Source: Gammaproteobacteria bacterium (lineage in GTDB: Bacteria; Pseudomonadota; Gammaproteobacteria; BTQY01). From it: a stretch of DNA of 64,000 nt. Of the stretch, positions 21,398-32,628 are shown piece after piece. The notes under the pieces are model-generated. The model was not told where the DNA came from and did not search any database. It was given only the letters and a program-made list of their open reading frames with translations. The position numbers were made by a program, and so were the translations under genes. Each line of letters begins with the position of its first letter. The stretch's first letter is position 1. The DNA lies in NCBI GenBank assembly GCA_036986115.1, contig BTQY01000006.1, positions 150-64,149 of the forward strand, given 5' to 3'.

Positions 21398-22387
21398 TCA
21401 CTCACCTAGTACAAATCTTGCTGTACCGGAGGATGAGCGGTATTTTTTATGCTCGTACAGACGTCCTTTGTAGTTGATGACTACATTGTCTGAACTACCG
21501 AGTACCACACTGAACGGAGGTATCCCTTGCGCCGTGCGTGTGCGTCCTTTTTTGTATAAATCATACACCAGCCTCTTGCCGGTGCTGTCTGTTACTCCAA
21601 TCCAGCTGTCCTCTTTCAGATACAGCGTGATAGTCGCCTGATCAGTAATGGCATCATCGATATCAGGGGCCACGACTTTTGTTGCTGACTGTACTGACCC
21701 CGGGGTAACTATCTTTGCCGCATCCAGGATCCTGTCCGGAGGCTCCAGACCACCTCTTGCCTGCGAGGCCCCCGCTCTTATCTGCTGCTTTTCAATTTCA
21801 TCCAGTGCAATCACCGAGATCGATTCATTGATCGAGGTCATTGCCTCTGCCTTTTCCAGTTCGTCTACCAGTGCCTGGTCTGTCGTCACCTTTATCGCAG
21901 CCGTACCAGACGTAACGTGGGCTTCTGTCTGCGTTTTATCAAGATTCAGAAACCTGGATACGGCGTTGTCTTCCGGTGCTGTCTGCCACCAGGCAACAAA
22001 CAGCGCAACCAGTACCGCCACGATTGCATAGGTGATCCAGGCAATAGACTTCTTGTCGACCGGTTCCCTGGATCTGACAATGACCTCTGACAGAACTGGT
22101 GGTAACTCTTCGCCCTTCTCTTCAAACTCGGCAATAATCTCGTCTTCTGACAACTTAACAATACGCGCATATTTTCGTAAATAGCCACAGGCATATATGG
22201 GTGGAATACTACTGTAGTCATCTTCCTCTATTGCTACTATCGTGCTGCTACTCAGGTGCAGCTCGGCGGCAATGTCATCTACCTCTAGTCTCAGCGCCTC
22301 TCTGGCAAACCTCAGACGCCAGCCCAGAACCAGCGTCCTGTTCTGCTCAATTTCCTCATCCGGCTGCAGAATGTCTTCTGTCATCAA
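21398..22387 (-). CDS. rodZ: cytoskeleton protein RodZ (HTH_XRE + TM + DUF4115)
   Basis: N-terminal HTH LRFAREALRLEVDDIAAELHLSSSTIVAIEED; TM; C-terminal DUF4115-like. Confidence 0.8.
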   Translation of the reverse strand: MMTEDILQPDEEIEQNRTLVLGWRLRFAREALRLEVDDIAAELHLSSSTIVAIEEDDYSSIPPIYACGYLRKYARIVKLSEDEIIAEFEEKGEELPPVLSEVIVRSREPVDKKSIAWITYAIVAVLVALFVAWWQTAPEDNAVSRFLNLDKTQTEAHVTSGTAAIKVTTDQALVDELEKAEAMTSINESISVIALDEIEKQQIRAGASQARGGLEPPDRILDAAKIVTPGSVQSATKVVAPDIDDAITDQATITLYLKEDSWIGVTDSTGKRLVYDLYKKGRTRTAQGIPPFSVVLGSSDNVVINYKGRLYEHKKYRSSSGTARFVLGE

Positions 22388-22390
22388 CTG

Positions 22391-23182
22391 TTATCTTCGA
22401 ATATAGTGCGCCTCATCTGAATCAGGAAACTGTTTCTCCAGTAACAGACTGTAACTGGACACCGCATCCTGATCGTTCAACTCCTTCTCCAGCTTGATAC
22501 CGAGCAGCAGACTCTGCGGCGTTGGCTTGACGGCATCATGAAATCGTTGCAGGTAGGCCCTGGCCCTCAGGTTTTTCTTCGATTCATAACTCAGGGCTGC
22601 CATGTGATATAACGCCACGGTATTCCTTGGTTGAATCTGCAGGGTCTTTCTCAGGTAGGCCTCGGCGCTCTCATATTGCTTGTTCTGGTAGGCACAAAAA
22701 CCGGCATTGGCATATACCAGGGAAGGTGTCTTGTATAATGGATTTTTCAGGGCCTGGTTAAAGTGCAGATCAGCCTCCGCGTAGCGCTCACGTTTACATA
22801 AATACACGGCATAGGCGTTTTGCGCCTCGGCATACAGAGGATCTATATTGATGGCATCCTTGTAGTGCTTTTCTGCCAGTTGTACCTGATTCAACCTCTC
22901 ATACAACAGGGCAATCGCGTAGTGGGCGCTCGGTAACCGGGGGTCCATCGCCAGAGCACGACGCATCTTTATCAGCGCCAGTTCATTATTGCCCTTTTGC
23001 ATATAGGCAACACCCAGTTTCATGTTCACTTCCGCCGCTGTATCCGGGCCTTCCTTGATACGCAGGCTTTCCGCATTGTCCCCGCCACTGGTGCTGTCAC
23101 TACGGACGCCTGAAGTCGTGCCCTGGCAACCTGTTACCAGTACAGCAACCATGAGCGCGATCAACCACGATACCTGTTTCAC
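22391..23182 (-). CDS. pilW: type IV pilus biogenesis/stability lipoprotein PilW (TPR)
   Basis: Lipobox LVTGC; TPR repeats; position between rodZ and rlmN as in Pseudomonas-type genomes. Confidence 0.75.
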   Translation of the reverse strand: MKQVSWLIALMVAVLVTGCQGTTSGVRSDSTSGGDNAESLRIKEGPDTAAEVNMKLGVAYMQKGNNELALIKMRRALAMDPRLPSAHYAIALLYERLNQVQLAEKHYKDAINIDPLYAEAQNAYAVYLCKRERYAEADLHFNQALKNPLYKTPSLVYANAGFCAYQNKQYESAEAYLRKTLQIQPRNTVALYHMAALSYESKKNLRARAYLQRFHDAVKPTPQSLLLGIKLEKELNDQDAVSSYSLLLEKQFPDSDEAHYIRR

Positions 23183-23186
23183 TATG

Positions 23187-24287
23187 TTAACCTCCTGCCG
23201 CCCTGTTTATACGAATACTGCGTCTTGTTCTGTCATTAACATTGCCGGCCAGCTGCCCACATGCCGCATCAATATCATCACCACGGGTTCGACGTGTAAT
23301 GGTGACCAGCCCCGCCTCCATCAGGATGTCCCGGAACCTGTTGATGCGGTTATTGCTTGAACGTTTATAGCGGGTTCCCTCAAAGGGGTTAAATGGTATC
23401 AGGTTCACCTTGGCTGGCATGCCCTGCAATAACTGCAGCAGTTGCCGGGCATGCAGATCAGAGTCATTAATGCCATCCAGCATCACGTATTCAAAGGTCA
23501 CCATACGCCTTGGTTCATCTGCAACATATTCCCAGCAAGCATCAAGCAGTTCCCTAATCGGATATTTATTATTGATCGGCACCAACTCATTACGCAGTTC
23601 ATCATCAGTCGCGTGCAGTGATACGGCCAGGCTGACATCAGAAAGTTCTTTCAATTGTGTCATCATCGGTACCACACCTGACGTGCTGATGGTGATACGA
23701 CGTTTGGACAAACCATAGGCCATGTCATCTTTCATGATATTGACCGCAGTAATGACATTGTCGAAATTCAGCAATGGTTCGCCCATACCCATGAATACCA
23801 CATTACTGATAATGCGATCATCATTCCTGACCCAGCCAAGCGCCCGGCGTGCCACCCATAACTGGGCAATAATCTCTGCGGCACTCAGGTTGCGGTTAAA
23901 ACCTTGCTGTGCGGTGTGGCAGAACGAGCAATTCAGTGTGCAGCCAACCTGTGATGATATACACAAGGTGCCGCGATCATCTTCCGGGATAAATACGGCC
24001 TCCACACTGTTACCATCATCCAGTTGCATCAGCCACTTGCGAGTACCATCTGTGGATTGTTGGTCGGCAACGATCTTCGGTACTGATACTTCGGCAATTT
24101 CACTGACACGGGCACGCAGGTCCTTGCTCAGGTTTGTCATATTACTGATATCATCAATGCCATGCTGATGAATCCACTGCGTTACCTGGGACGCGCGAAA
24201 GGCCTTCTCTCCGAGGTCGGCAAAGAAATTCTGCATTTTTTTCATGTCGAATTCCAGCAGGTTCAGCTTGTCGTGCGTATCAGTCAT
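23187..24287 (-). CDS. rlmN: 23S rRNA/tRNA m2A methyltransferase RlmN (radical SAM)
   Basis: [19 protein letters not shown] radical-SAM cluster motif; GMGEPLLN; C-terminal [11 protein letters not shown]. Confidence 0.95.
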   Translation of the reverse strand: MTDTHDKLNLLEFDMKKMQNFFADLGEKAFRASQVTQWIHQHGIDDISNMTNLSKDLRARVSEIAEVSVPKIVADQQSTDGTRKWLMQLDDGNSVEAVFIPEDDRGTLCISSQVGCTLNCSFCHTAQQGFNRNLSAAEIIAQLWVARRALGWVRNDDRIISNVVFMGMGEPLLNFDNVITAVNIMKDDMAYGLSKRRITISTSGVVPMMTQLKELSDVSLAVSLHATDDELRNELVPINNKYPIRELLDACWEYVADEPRRMVTFEYVMLDGINDSDLHARQLLQLLQGMPAKVNLIPFNPFEGTRYKRSSNNRINRFRDILMEAGLVTITRRTRGDDIDAACGQLAGNVNDRTRRSIRINRAAGG

Positions 24288-24295
24288 GGCCTTTT

Positions 24296-24727
24296 CTATC
24301 GCGTACGATCACAGACGCCATCGCTGCCAAAATAGAATTCAATTTCCTGTCTGGCAGTATCCGGGGCATCAGAACCGTGAACAGCGTTCTCTGTAATATC
24401 ATTGGCAAAATCCGCACGGATGGTGCCAGCGGCCGCGTCCTTTGGGTCGGTCGCACCCATCACATCACGGTGTACGGCAATCGCATTTTCACCCTCCAGT
24501 ACTGACACCATGATAGGGCCAGAGGTCATGTAGTCCACCAGCTCGGCATAAAAAGGTCTCTCTTTATGTACCTCATAAAACTCACCGGCCATCTCCTTGC
24601 TCAAATGCAGCATCCTGGCGGCGACAATACGCAGCCCGGCCTTTTCAAAACGGTCATAAATCTGTCCGATCACGTTGCTGGCAACGGCATCGGGTTTAAT
24701 CATGGAAAGTGTACGTTCTACAGCCAT
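24296..24727 (-). CDS. ndk: nucleoside diphosphate kinase
   Basis: [15 protein letters not shown]...NAVHGSD active-site His. Confidence 0.95.
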   Translation of the reverse strand: MAVERTLSMIKPDAVASNVIGQIYDRFEKAGLRIVAARMLHLSKEMAGEFYEVHKERPFYAELVDYMTSGPIMVSVLEGENAIAVHRDVMGATDPKDAAAGTIRADFANDITENAVHGSDAPDTARQEIEFYFGSDGVCDRTR

Positions 24728-24989
24728 AGTTATATTCAAACCTCATCACAAAATAAACTGATAAAAAAACTTTGATTCATCCCTGAAAGGAATCCATCAA
24801 AGCTTCCCTGTTTGATTAATAGTGGTATCAGACCCTGAGCGATGCCGGACACATAAAAATTCCCTTATATTCTAACGTTTTGGCACGATTTGAACAATCA
24901 TTACTGGTATTTCGCGGCCATCACAGCCTGGTGGCGAAATGCTCAAATTGTGGGGTATATAAGGGTTTTTAATTTAAGATATCGGCAAC

Positions 24990-25520
24990 GAAGGCCGGTG
25001 TCAGTACAGCTGGATTCCGGGCCTCCACTCCGTTTCGCCCGGAATGACGGCATTGTGAGCCCGGATCCTCATTATAATCAACACATTGGATGTTATTTGC
25101 TTTTATTTGCGGACTAACATCATTTCTTCGGGATCAGGCAAGATCCTATTGAGCCGACAACAGGTCATTCCGCTCCACTCGTCATTCCGGTGCGCCCGAA
25201 CGAAGTGACAAAGGTCGCTCTCGCGCTGTCGCTACCGGCATCCTGCCTCATGCGACACTAGTACATCCCTGTACGTCGTCCATGCGCTCCGCGACATTCG
25301 TACATCCTGTACATCATGCCCTTGGGGTATGCGAATATCCGTGTCATTCCGGGCGAAGCGTAGCGCAGACCCGGAATCCAGTTTATTAAATCCAATCTAA
25401 TACTGGATTCCGGCCTTCGCCGGAATGACGAATTGATCAGAGATTCCTAAGTCATTCATTTTATTAGATTCTATTTGTGCTTTATTTGCGTTCATTTGCG
25501 GACTAAATAATATAAGCCGT
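24990..25520. repeat. repeat-dense intergenic region: CCGGAATGAC/GTCATTCCGG palindromes, TATTTGCGGACTAA (x2), and GTCGCTACCGGCA + TCCTGCCTCATGCGACACTAGTACATCCCTGTACGTCG module
   Basis: Four copies of the CGGAATGAC core in alternating orientation; the 38-bp module at 25241-25278 recurs at 42873-42910 (2 mismatches). Confidence 0.7.
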
Positions 25521-25526
25521 TGCTCG

Positions 25527-25727
25527 CTAATCCCGCTCATCTATCCAGGCGGCCTGTATGGCCTCAAGGATCTTTTCCCCGCAGTGCTGCGGCTCGTCAT
25601 CAAAATCCGCTAATGCCTGCACCCACTCGCACAAATCCGTGAAACGCACATATTGCGGATCGATTTCAGGGTGCTTTTCATCCAGTTCGATGGCGATGTC
25701 ATGCACGTCTATCCATTTCAAACCCAT
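25527..25727 (-). CDS. iscX: Fe-S cluster assembly protein IscX
   Basis: MGLKWIDVHDIAIELDEKHPEIDPQYVRFTDLCEWV is close to E. coli IscX/YfhJ. Confidence 0.9.
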   Translation of the reverse strand: MGLKWIDVHDIAIELDEKHPEIDPQYVRFTDLCEWVQALADFDDEPQHCGEKILEAIQAAWIDERD

Positions 25728-25753
25728 CTGCTGCTCCTGTCTAGATTGCTGAC

Positions 25754-26092
25754 TCAGTGTTGTTCCGACACCATGTTGATGGTGTATTTGGGTATCTCGA
25801 TGACCAGATCTTCATTACCTACCTGTGCCTGGCAAGTGAGCCGGGATTCCGGTTCCAGTCCCCAGGCCTTGTCCAGCATGTCCTCTTCCTCTTCACTGGC
25901 CTCTTGCAGAGAGTCAAACCCTTCACGGATAACGGCATGGCAGGTTGTACATGCACAGGACTTCTCACAGGCATGCTCCAGATCAATGCCATTCGCCAGT
26001 GCCACCTCAATAATAACGGTGCCAGGCTCTGCATCAATCACCATACCATCGGGACAGAGTTCTTCATGTGGTAGAAATATTATCTGTGGCAT
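25754..26092 (-). CDS. fdx: [2Fe-2S] ferredoxin of the ISC system
   Basis: MPQIIFLPHEELCPDG...CEKSCACTTCH...LTCQ. Confidence 0.9.
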   Translation of the reverse strand: MPQIIFLPHEELCPDGMVIDAEPGTVIIEVALANGIDLEHACEKSCACTTCHAVIREGFDSLQEASEEEEDMLDKAWGLEPESRLTCQAQVGNEDLVIEIPKYTINMVSEQH

Positions 26093-26125
26093 ATCTGTTT
26101 CGCCTTTATTTCCAGCTGCTGTCAA

Positions 26126-28003
26126 TTAATCACTGATCTCATCCAGGGTACGGCCTTTTAGCGCTTTACGAATACTGCTATCCATTCTTCTGGCCGCAAA
26201 ATTAGCGGTCAGTTTATCCAGTCTGGAAATTCCCTGTTTGATGGCGCGATGATCATCTCCATCCCGAAGGCTGCGTAGTTGTGAAATTGCAATATCGATT
26301 TGATCGCGTTCGACTTCATCCAGCAACTGTTTGCCGTCTGCTGCAAGCGCCGAGGTAACCGACTCAATTAATCTGTCTGCATCGACTTGCTGTTCACGCA
26401 GTGATCTTGCGCCGACATCATCTTTGGCATGTTCCATTGAATCTTTCAGCATGTTTTCAATCTCGGAATCACTCAAGCCATACGATGGTTTTACCTGAAC
26501 ATGACTTTCCACTCCGGTGGTTTGTTCTCTCGCAGTTACCTCGAGCAAGCCATCAGCATCCACCTGATAAGTTACCTTAATACGGGCAGCACCTGCCACC
26601 ATCGATGGGATTCCACGAAGCTCAAAGTGTGCCAGAGACCGGTTGTCGCTGACCAGTTCACGTTCACCCTGCACCACATGGACCGACATGGCTGTTTGCC
26701 CATCCTTGTGGGTGGTAAACTCCTGTGCCTTCGCGGCTGGGATGGTGGTATTGCGTGGAATGATCTTTTCTGTCAGCCCCCCCATGGTTTCAATGCCAAG
26801 TGATAGTGGAATCACATCCAGTAACAACATTTCATCATCACTCTTGTTACCGGCCAGAATATTGGCCTGCACCGCGGCACCAATGGCAACCACCTTGTCA
26901 GGATCGATTTCCGTCATTAATTCGTGTTTGAAAAATTCAGAGACAAGTTCTCTTACCCGAAGCACCCGGGTAGAACCCCCGACCATAACGATGTCCTGGA
27001 TCTCATCTGTACTTATGCCGGCATCGCGCAGTGCCCTTCGACACGGTAGCAGGGTCTTTTTAATAATTGGATCGACGATATCATTAAACTGCTCTCGACT
27101 GAATTCTCCTTGCCAGATACCGCCATCATTCATTTCGATATTCAGCATTACTGTTTCTGAATCGGTGAGCACTTCTTTTGCCTTGCGTGCGTCGCGCAGC
27201 AGGCGACGGATCTGTTTATGATCGGCATCATCACTAATGTCGGCCTGTTGCATAATCCAGGTAGCAATGGCCCTGTCCAGATCATCGCCACCCAGGGCCG
27301 AGTCTCCCGCTGTCGACATCACCTCGAACACTCCATGGCTCAGGCGTAGTATGGAGATATCAAAGGTACCGCCGCCAAGATCATACACGACATGAATGCC
27401 TTCATTACCCTGATCCAGACCGTAGGCAATGGCCGCCGCAGTCGGCTCATTCAACAGCCGCAATACTTTCAGGCCCGCCAGGTATGCCGCATCCTTGGTC
27501 GCCTGCCGCTGGGCATCATCAAAATAGGCGGGTACCGTGATCACGACCCCGCTCAGCTCCCCACCGAGGGCCTCTTCAGCCCTGAATTTCAGGGATTTGA
27601 GGATCTCTGCAGAGACCTCCACCGGGCTGACTTCACCATTACAGGTGCAGATCCGCGGCATGCCTGAATCACTGTCAGTAAATTTATAGGGTAGTTGTTT
27701 GGCGGTAGTATTGACGTCCGCCAGGCCACGGCCCATCAGGCGCTTGACCGATGCGATGGTATTCAGTGGATCCTGTGTCGCAATATCAAGTGCCGCCGTA
27801 CCGACTACAGGACGACCATCCGCCGGATAATGGACGATCGATGGCAAAATATGTTGGTCATTGTTATCAGGGAGGGTTTCTGCCAGGCCACTACGCACCG
27901 TAGCGACCAGCGAATTGGTGGTACCGAGATCGATGCCAGCCGCCAGACGATGCCCATGCGATGCCGAGGTTTCACCTGGTTCTGTAATCTGTAACAGTGC
28001 CAT
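26126..28003 (-). CDS. hscA: Fe-S protein assembly chaperone HscA (Hsp70)
   Basis: IDLGTTNS and DLGGGTFD Hsp70 signatures; operon position. Confidence 0.95.
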   Translation of the reverse strand: MALLQITEPGETSASHGHRLAAGIDLGTTNSLVATVRSGLAETLPDNNDQHILPSIVHYPADGRPVVGTAALDIATQDPLNTIASVKRLMGRGLADVNTTAKQLPYKFTDSDSGMPRICTCNGEVSPVEVSAEILKSLKFRAEEALGGELSGVVITVPAYFDDAQRQATKDAAYLAGLKVLRLLNEPTAAAIAYGLDQGNEGIHVVYDLGGGTFDISILRLSHGVFEVMSTAGDSALGGDDLDRAIATWIMQQADISDDADHKQIRRLLRDARKAKEVLTDSETVMLNIEMNDGGIWQGEFSREQFNDIVDPIIKKTLLPCRRALRDAGISTDEIQDIVMVGGSTRVLRVRELVSEFFKHELMTEIDPDKVVAIGAAVQANILAGNKSDDEMLLLDVIPLSLGIETMGGLTEKIIPRNTTIPAAKAQEFTTHKDGQTAMSVHVVQGERELVSDNRSLAHFELRGIPSMVAGAARIKVTYQVDADGLLEVTAREQTTGVESHVQVKPSYGLSDSEIENMLKDSMEHAKDDVGARSLREQQVDADRLIESVTSALAADGKQLLDEVERDQIDIAISQLRSLRDGDDHRAIKQGISRLDKLTANFAARRMDSSIRKALKGRTLDEISD

Positions 28004-28026
28004 TGCGCGTTTATCCTGCCAGTCGC

Positions 28027-28578
28027 CTAGTCATCGACAGCCATTGCCAGCTCATCTTCGAGATCCTCCGCCTCCCGGCGTAGTTTATCGATGAACTGCA
28101 TCATTCTATACAGGTTTGCTGCTGCCTGTAAGCTGGTTTCATTGATGTCTGCGAACAACGCAGTTAACTTCACGGTCATGTCTCGCAGTCGCGATTCTAC
28201 ATTCTGCATAAGCCCCATAACAGCAGCCTGTGGATCATCACTGTGTCTGGCCTCTTCCAGAGACTCACGCAGTTCCATTTGTTCCATCAGAAACTCAGTA
28301 TCTTTGGTGGTTTCCTGAGTATTGATTTCGACACCATTGAGTTCAAGCAAATAGCGCGTGCGCTTCAATGGATCCAGCAGTGTCTGAAAGGCCTCGTTAA
28401 TATTCGCGGTTAGCTGAACAGATAAACGACGTTCACGTTCAGAGGCGCTGGCAAATTTATCCGGGTGCATGGCACGCTGCAGTTCCCGGTATCGATCCCG
28501 CAAGTCGTCCGCGTTCACCTCGAACCCCACCGGGATCCCGAACAATTCAAAATAATTTTGTGTGGTGTCTGTCTGCAT
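28027..28578 (-). CDS. hscB: co-chaperone HscB (J-domain)
   Basis: J-domain with HPD; operon position. Confidence 0.9.
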   Translation of the reverse strand: MQTDTTQNYFELFGIPVGFEVNADDLRDRYRELQRAMHPDKFASASERERRLSVQLTANINEAFQTLLDPLKRTRYLLELNGVEINTQETTKDTEFLMEQMELRESLEEARHSDDPQAAVMGLMQNVESRLRDMTVKLTALFADINETSLQAAANLYRMMQFIDKLRREAEDLEDELAMAVDD

Positions 28579-28647
28579 TATATCAACATCAACGTGCCAT
28601 AGAAGTTGTCTGGATTCTGGCCAGCTATGCCGTATAAAGAGGAAACG

Positions 28648-28971
28648 TTAGACGTTGAAGCTCTCGCCGCAACCACAAGTGTCCTTAACATTTGGATTGC
28701 TGAACTGAAATCCTTCATTCAGGCCTTCTTTTGTGTAATCGACGATAGTGCCATCAAGATAAACCAGGCTCTTTGGATCAATCACCAGCTTGATACCATG
28801 GTCTTCAAAAACCTCATCACCTTTACGTAACTCGTCGACAAATTCGAGAACATAGGCAAGCCCGGAACAACCGGTCGTTTTAACACCCAGGCGCATACCA
28901 ATACCCTTTCCCCTATTGCTGAGAAAGGCCTTAACGCGCTCAGCCGCCGCCTCTGTGAGTGTTATGGACAT
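28648..28971 (-). CDS. iscA: Fe-S cluster assembly protein IscA
   Basis: [11 protein letters not shown]...C-terminal CGCGESF. Confidence 0.9.
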   Translation of the reverse strand: MSITLTEAAAERVKAFLSNRGKGIGMRLGVKTTGCSGLAYVLEFVDELRKGDEVFEDHGIKLVIDPKSLVYLDGTIVDYTKEGLNEGFQFSNPNVKDTCGCGESFNV

Positions 28972-29040
28972 ATCATATCGTTTCCTGGACCACTTGACCC
29001 TGCCTCAGGGTGCTACATCAGGCACTCCTGGCGGCTGTGT

Positions 29041-29418
29041 TTATTTTTTTCCCTGAAAATTCTCGATGGCGGCCTTGATGGCATCTTCGGCCAGTACTGA
29101 ACAGTGGATCTTTACCGGCGGCAAGGCCAGTTCTTCTGCAATATCGGTGTTCTTGATGGCGCCCGCCTCATCCAGGGTCTTGCCCTTGACCCACTCCGTC
29201 AACAGCGAACTTGAGGCTATCGCGGAGCCGCAACCGTAGGTCTTGAACTTGGCATCTTCGATGATGCCGTCGTCATTCACCTTGATCTGCAGCTTCATCA
29301 CGTCACCACAGGCCGGTGCCCCGACCATGCCGGTACCGACACGGGGATCGTCCTTGTCCATGGCACCGACATTGCGCGGATTATCATAATGATCCAGGAC
29401 TTTTTCACTGTATGCCAT
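29041..29418 (-). CDS. iscU: Fe-S cluster scaffold IscU
   Basis: MAYSEKVLDHYDNPRNVG...GAPACGDVMKL...LPPVKIHCS. Confidence 0.95.
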   Translation of the reverse strand: MAYSEKVLDHYDNPRNVGAMDKDDPRVGTGMVGAPACGDVMKLQIKVNDDGIIEDAKFKTYGCGSAIASSSLLTEWVKGKTLDEAGAIKNTDIAEELALPPVKIHCSVLAEDAIKAAIENFQGKK

Positions 29419-29469
29419 TTCTTTGTACCTCTATATCATTCGTATGTGGTTACGGCGTCTACCCGAGGG

Positions 29470-30684
29470 CTAGTGGCTGGCCCACTTCACTTTCGAAAGG
29501 TCGACACCATCCTTGAACATGTCCCATAGCGGTGACAGTTCGCGTAGTTTACCTATGCTGTCTTTAATCTGTTCAACGGCGTAATCGATTTCCTCTTCAG
29601 TGGTAAACCGGCCAATAGTAAAGCGAATCGAGCTGTGTGCCAGTTCATCATCGCGACCCAGGGCACGTAATACATATGAAGGCTCAAGACTTGCCGAAGT
29701 ACAGGCAGAACCAGACGAGACCGCCAGATCTTTCAGCGCCATGATCAGCGATTCACCTTCGACGTAATTAAAACTGATATTTAAATTACCTGGTATACGT
29801 TGTTCCATATCACCATTGATATAGACTTCCTCGATGTCCTTGATGCCATCCAGCAAGCGATCGCGTAGCTTGCGCAGGCGTTCATTCTCCGCGGTCATTT
29901 CTTCCCGGGCAAGATGGAATGCCTCGCCCATACCCACAATCTGGTGGGTCGGCAATGTGCCGGAACGCAGGCCTCGCTCATGGCCACCACCATGCATCTG
30001 GGACTCAAGGCGAACACGTGGTTTACGGCGAACATACAGTGCACCCATGCCCTTGGGGCCATATATTTTGTGGGCAGAGAATGACATCAGGTCCACTTTC
30101 ATGTCTTCCATGTCGATAGCCACCTTGCCAGCGCTTTGTGCGGCATCCACGTGGAAGAGGATCTTGCGCTCACGGGTCAATTCACCGATGGCCTTGATGT
30201 CCTGGATCACTCCGATTTCATTATTCACGTGCATGATAGTGACCAGAATGGTGTCATCACGCATTGCAGCTTCCAGTTTACCGAGATCGATCAGGCCACT
30301 GTCCTCCGGATCGAGATAGGTGACTTCAAAACCTTCACGCTCCAGTTGCCGACAGGTATCCAGCACAGCCTTGTGTTCGGTCTTGCAGGTAATAATATGC
30401 CTGCCTTTCTTCCTGTAGAAATGTGCGACACCCTTGATGGCCAGATTATCTGACTCGGTGGCGCCCGATGTCCAGACGATCTCTTTTGGGTTGGCATTGA
30501 TCAGGCTGGCCACCTGCTTGCGTGCCACATCTATCGCTGCCTCGGCTTGCCAGCCAAAGACATGGGAACGTGATGCAGGATTACCAAAATCACCGTCTAC
30601 CGACATGTAGGCAACCATTTTTTCCAATACCCTGGGGTCAACCGGTGTTGTAGCCGAGTAATCCAGGTAAATTGGTAATTTCAT
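29470..30684 (-). CDS. iscS: cysteine desulfurase IscS
   Basis: [19 protein letters not shown]; PLP-Lys [12 protein letters not shown]; active-site loop [21 protein letters not shown]. Confidence 0.95.
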   Translation of the reverse strand: MKLPIYLDYSATTPVDPRVLEKMVAYMSVDGDFGNPASRSHVFGWQAEAAIDVARKQVASLINANPKEIVWTSGATESDNLAIKGVAHFYRKKGRHIITCKTEHKAVLDTCRQLEREGFEVTYLDPEDSGLIDLGKLEAAMRDDTILVTIMHVNNEIGVIQDIKAIGELTRERKILFHVDAAQSAGKVAIDMEDMKVDLMSFSAHKIYGPKGMGALYVRRKPRVRLESQMHGGGHERGLRSGTLPTHQIVGMGEAFHLAREEMTAENERLRKLRDRLLDGIKDIEEVYINGDMEQRIPGNLNISFNYVEGESLIMALKDLAVSSGSACTSASLEPSYVLRALGRDDELAHSSIRFTIGRFTTEEEIDYAVEQIKDSIGKLRELSPLWDMFKDGVDLSKVKWASH

Positions 30685-30750
30685 TTATTTCTCCAGCGTT
30701 CAATTCTGCTATTCAATATTAAACTGGCCAACGTTAAGCAACGTCATGTC

Positions 30751-31902
30751 TCAGTTTGCCACCACGGTCGCCATCCTTTTGAGGATGTCCACCTGCCCCT
30801 GTAATTCATCCACAAAGGCATCGATATGTTCCCTGGTTGTTTCCTTGCCAATACTGATGCGTATGGATCCCTTTGCCACACCTTTATCAATACCCATCGC
30901 CAGCAATACGTGGCTGGCGCCGGACTCTGCTGAAGAACAAGCCGAACCACTGGCTATTGCAAAACCCCTTTGATCCAGGCTCAGCAACAGGGTCTCTCCG
31001 TCGATACTCGCCACCGCCGCAAATACTGTATTGGGTATTCGGGGCGCATCATCGCTAAAAATAACGATACCTTTAATACTGTCCTTTAAATGGCTTTCCA
31101 GCCTGTGCTGCAACTCACTCATGTGTTTGCAACGCGAGTCCAGTTCTTCAACAGCCAGTTGTGCGGCCATACCAAAACCGACAATGCCTGCGATATTCTC
31201 TGTACCGGAACGTCGACCTTTTTCATGCCCGCCGCCAAACAACAATGGTTGCATATCTACTGACTTGTCGATGACCAGGGCACCCACACCCTTTGGCCCG
31301 TATATCTTGTGTGCCGACAGTGACATCAACTGCACACCACTATCTGCAAAATCTATCGGCTGTTTCCCTGCTGCCTGCACTGCATCAGTGTGCATTATCG
31401 CGCCTCGCGCGCGTACCTGTTCACTGATCGTACCAATGTCCTGCAACACACCTGTTTCATTATTGGCCATCATCACTGAGACCAGCCTGGTGTCTTCGCC
31501 AATACAGCCGTTCAGTCCATCCCTGGTGACGCGTCCCTGTGAGTCGACCGGGATTATCTCTAGATCCCAGTCTTCCCGGGCCAACTGCCGGGCCGTCTGC
31601 ATGACCGAGGAATGTTCAATACTACTGACAGCAAACGATCCTGTTTTCTGTTGTGCCAGTACCCCCCGAAGCGCCATGTTATTCGCTTCTGTGCCACCAC
31701 TGGTGAAGATCACCTGACTCGGATGGGCATTGACCAGTAAGGCCAGTTGTTCTCTGGCCCGATCCAGACCTGCTCGTGCCAGTTTACCAATACTGTGCAC
31801 ACTGGACGGGTTGCCATAGTTGTCCTTTAAATAAGGCAACATGGCGGCCAGTACTCTTTCATCCACCGGGCAGGTGGCATTGTAATCAAGGTAAGTTGTC
31901 AT
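30751..31902 (-). CDS. second, NifS-like class I cysteine desulfurase inserted between iscR and iscS
   Basis: MTTYLDYNATCPVDERVLAAM; PLP-Lys [12 protein letters not shown]; active-site ASGSACSSAESGASHVL; about 35-40% identity to adjacent IscS by eye. Confidence 0.85.
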   Translation of the reverse strand: MTTYLDYNATCPVDERVLAAMLPYLKDNYGNPSSVHSIGKLARAGLDRAREQLALLVNAHPSQVIFTSGGTEANNMALRGVLAQQKTGSFAVSSIEHSSVMQTARQLAREDWDLEIIPVDSQGRVTRDGLNGCIGEDTRLVSVMMANNETGVLQDIGTISEQVRARGAIMHTDAVQAAGKQPIDFADSGVQLMSLSAHKIYGPKGVGALVIDKSVDMQPLLFGGGHEKGRRSGTENIAGIVGFGMAAQLAVEELDSRCKHMSELQHRLESHLKDSIKGIVIFSDDAPRIPNTVFAAVASIDGETLLLSLDQRGFAIASGSACSSAESGASHVLLAMGIDKGVAKGSIRISIGKETTREHIDAFVDELQGQVDILKRMATVVAN

Positions 31903-31967
31903 GGCTCCCAATCTGGACGACTACTACTTTACCTTACCCGGACGTCAAAACCAGACCGGGCAACCAC

Positions 31968-32450
31968 TTAGGAAACTGCAAGCACACTCTTTTCTTCTGC
32001 ATCCAGGCCTTGTTTCAGGGAATCCTGACGCTGGGCAACTTCCTGAACTTCGTGTCTGTCCACCAATGACTGCAGATTGATGCTATTCAAAAAGCCATGG
32101 ATCTGGGCACTCAGATCCATCCACAACTCATGGGTCAAGCACCGATCATCATCCTGGCAATTTCCATTACCGCCACAACGGGTCACGCTTACCTTCTCAT
32201 CAATGGCCGTAATGATCTCGGCGATAGTAATTGCGTTTGCGTCGCGACTTAATCGATAACCGCCACCGGGCCCACGGGTACTATCCACCAAACTATTTTT
32301 ACGTAACTTGGAAAATAACTGTTCCAGGTAGGACAATGAAATGCCCTGCCGCTGTGAGATATCCGCCAGCGTAATCGGCCCTTCGGTATAATGGATAGCC
32401 AGATCCAGCATGGCCGTCACGGCATAGCGTCCTTTTGTTGTCAGTCTCAT
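31968..32450 (-). CDS. iscR: Fe-S cluster regulator IscR (Rrf2 family)
   Basis: [18 protein letters not shown]...; cluster-ligand cysteines C92/C98/C104 equivalent ([13 protein letters not shown]). Confidence 0.95.
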   Translation of the reverse strand: MRLTTKGRYAVTAMLDLAIHYTEGPITLADISQRQGISLSYLEQLFSKLRKNSLVDSTRGPGGGYRLSRDANAITIAEIITAIDEKVSVTRCGGNGNCQDDDRCLTHELWMDLSAQIHGFLNSINLQSLVDRHEVQEVAQRQDSLKQGLDAEEKSVLAVS

Positions 32451-32510
32451 TGCGTTTCTCTTCCTATTAACGTATATTTCGCATCGTCACATTAGCTACG
32501 GCTAATTCTA

Positions 32511-32535
32511 CATTCCTGACTAAAATAGTCAAGTA
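32511..32535 (-). promoter_or_regulatory. IscR type-1 binding site upstream of iscR
   Basis: ATTCCTGACTAAAATAGTCAAGTAT matches consensus ATASYYGACTRWWWYAGTCRRSTAT at 24 of 25 positions. Confidence 0.7.
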
Positions 32536-32628
32536 TATTTTTCCAGCACAAACCAACGCCGCATATGCCCCCTCTGTGATTGGGTAGCATATTCTATCTT
32601 ATTGTTTTTATTTATATTTCTGGTTCTT

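Noticed and set aside
24890-25117. 75-aa ORF inside the ndk-iscX intergenic region
   Set aside because: It lies entirely within palindromic repeat modules, has no Shine-Dalgarno and its composition is driven by the repeats. Likely non-coding.
24780-25520. Possible CRISPR array suggested by recurring short repeats
   Set aside because: Repeats are of several different sequences, in alternating orientations with irregular spacing. There is no constant repeat/variable spacer architecture and there are no cas genes.
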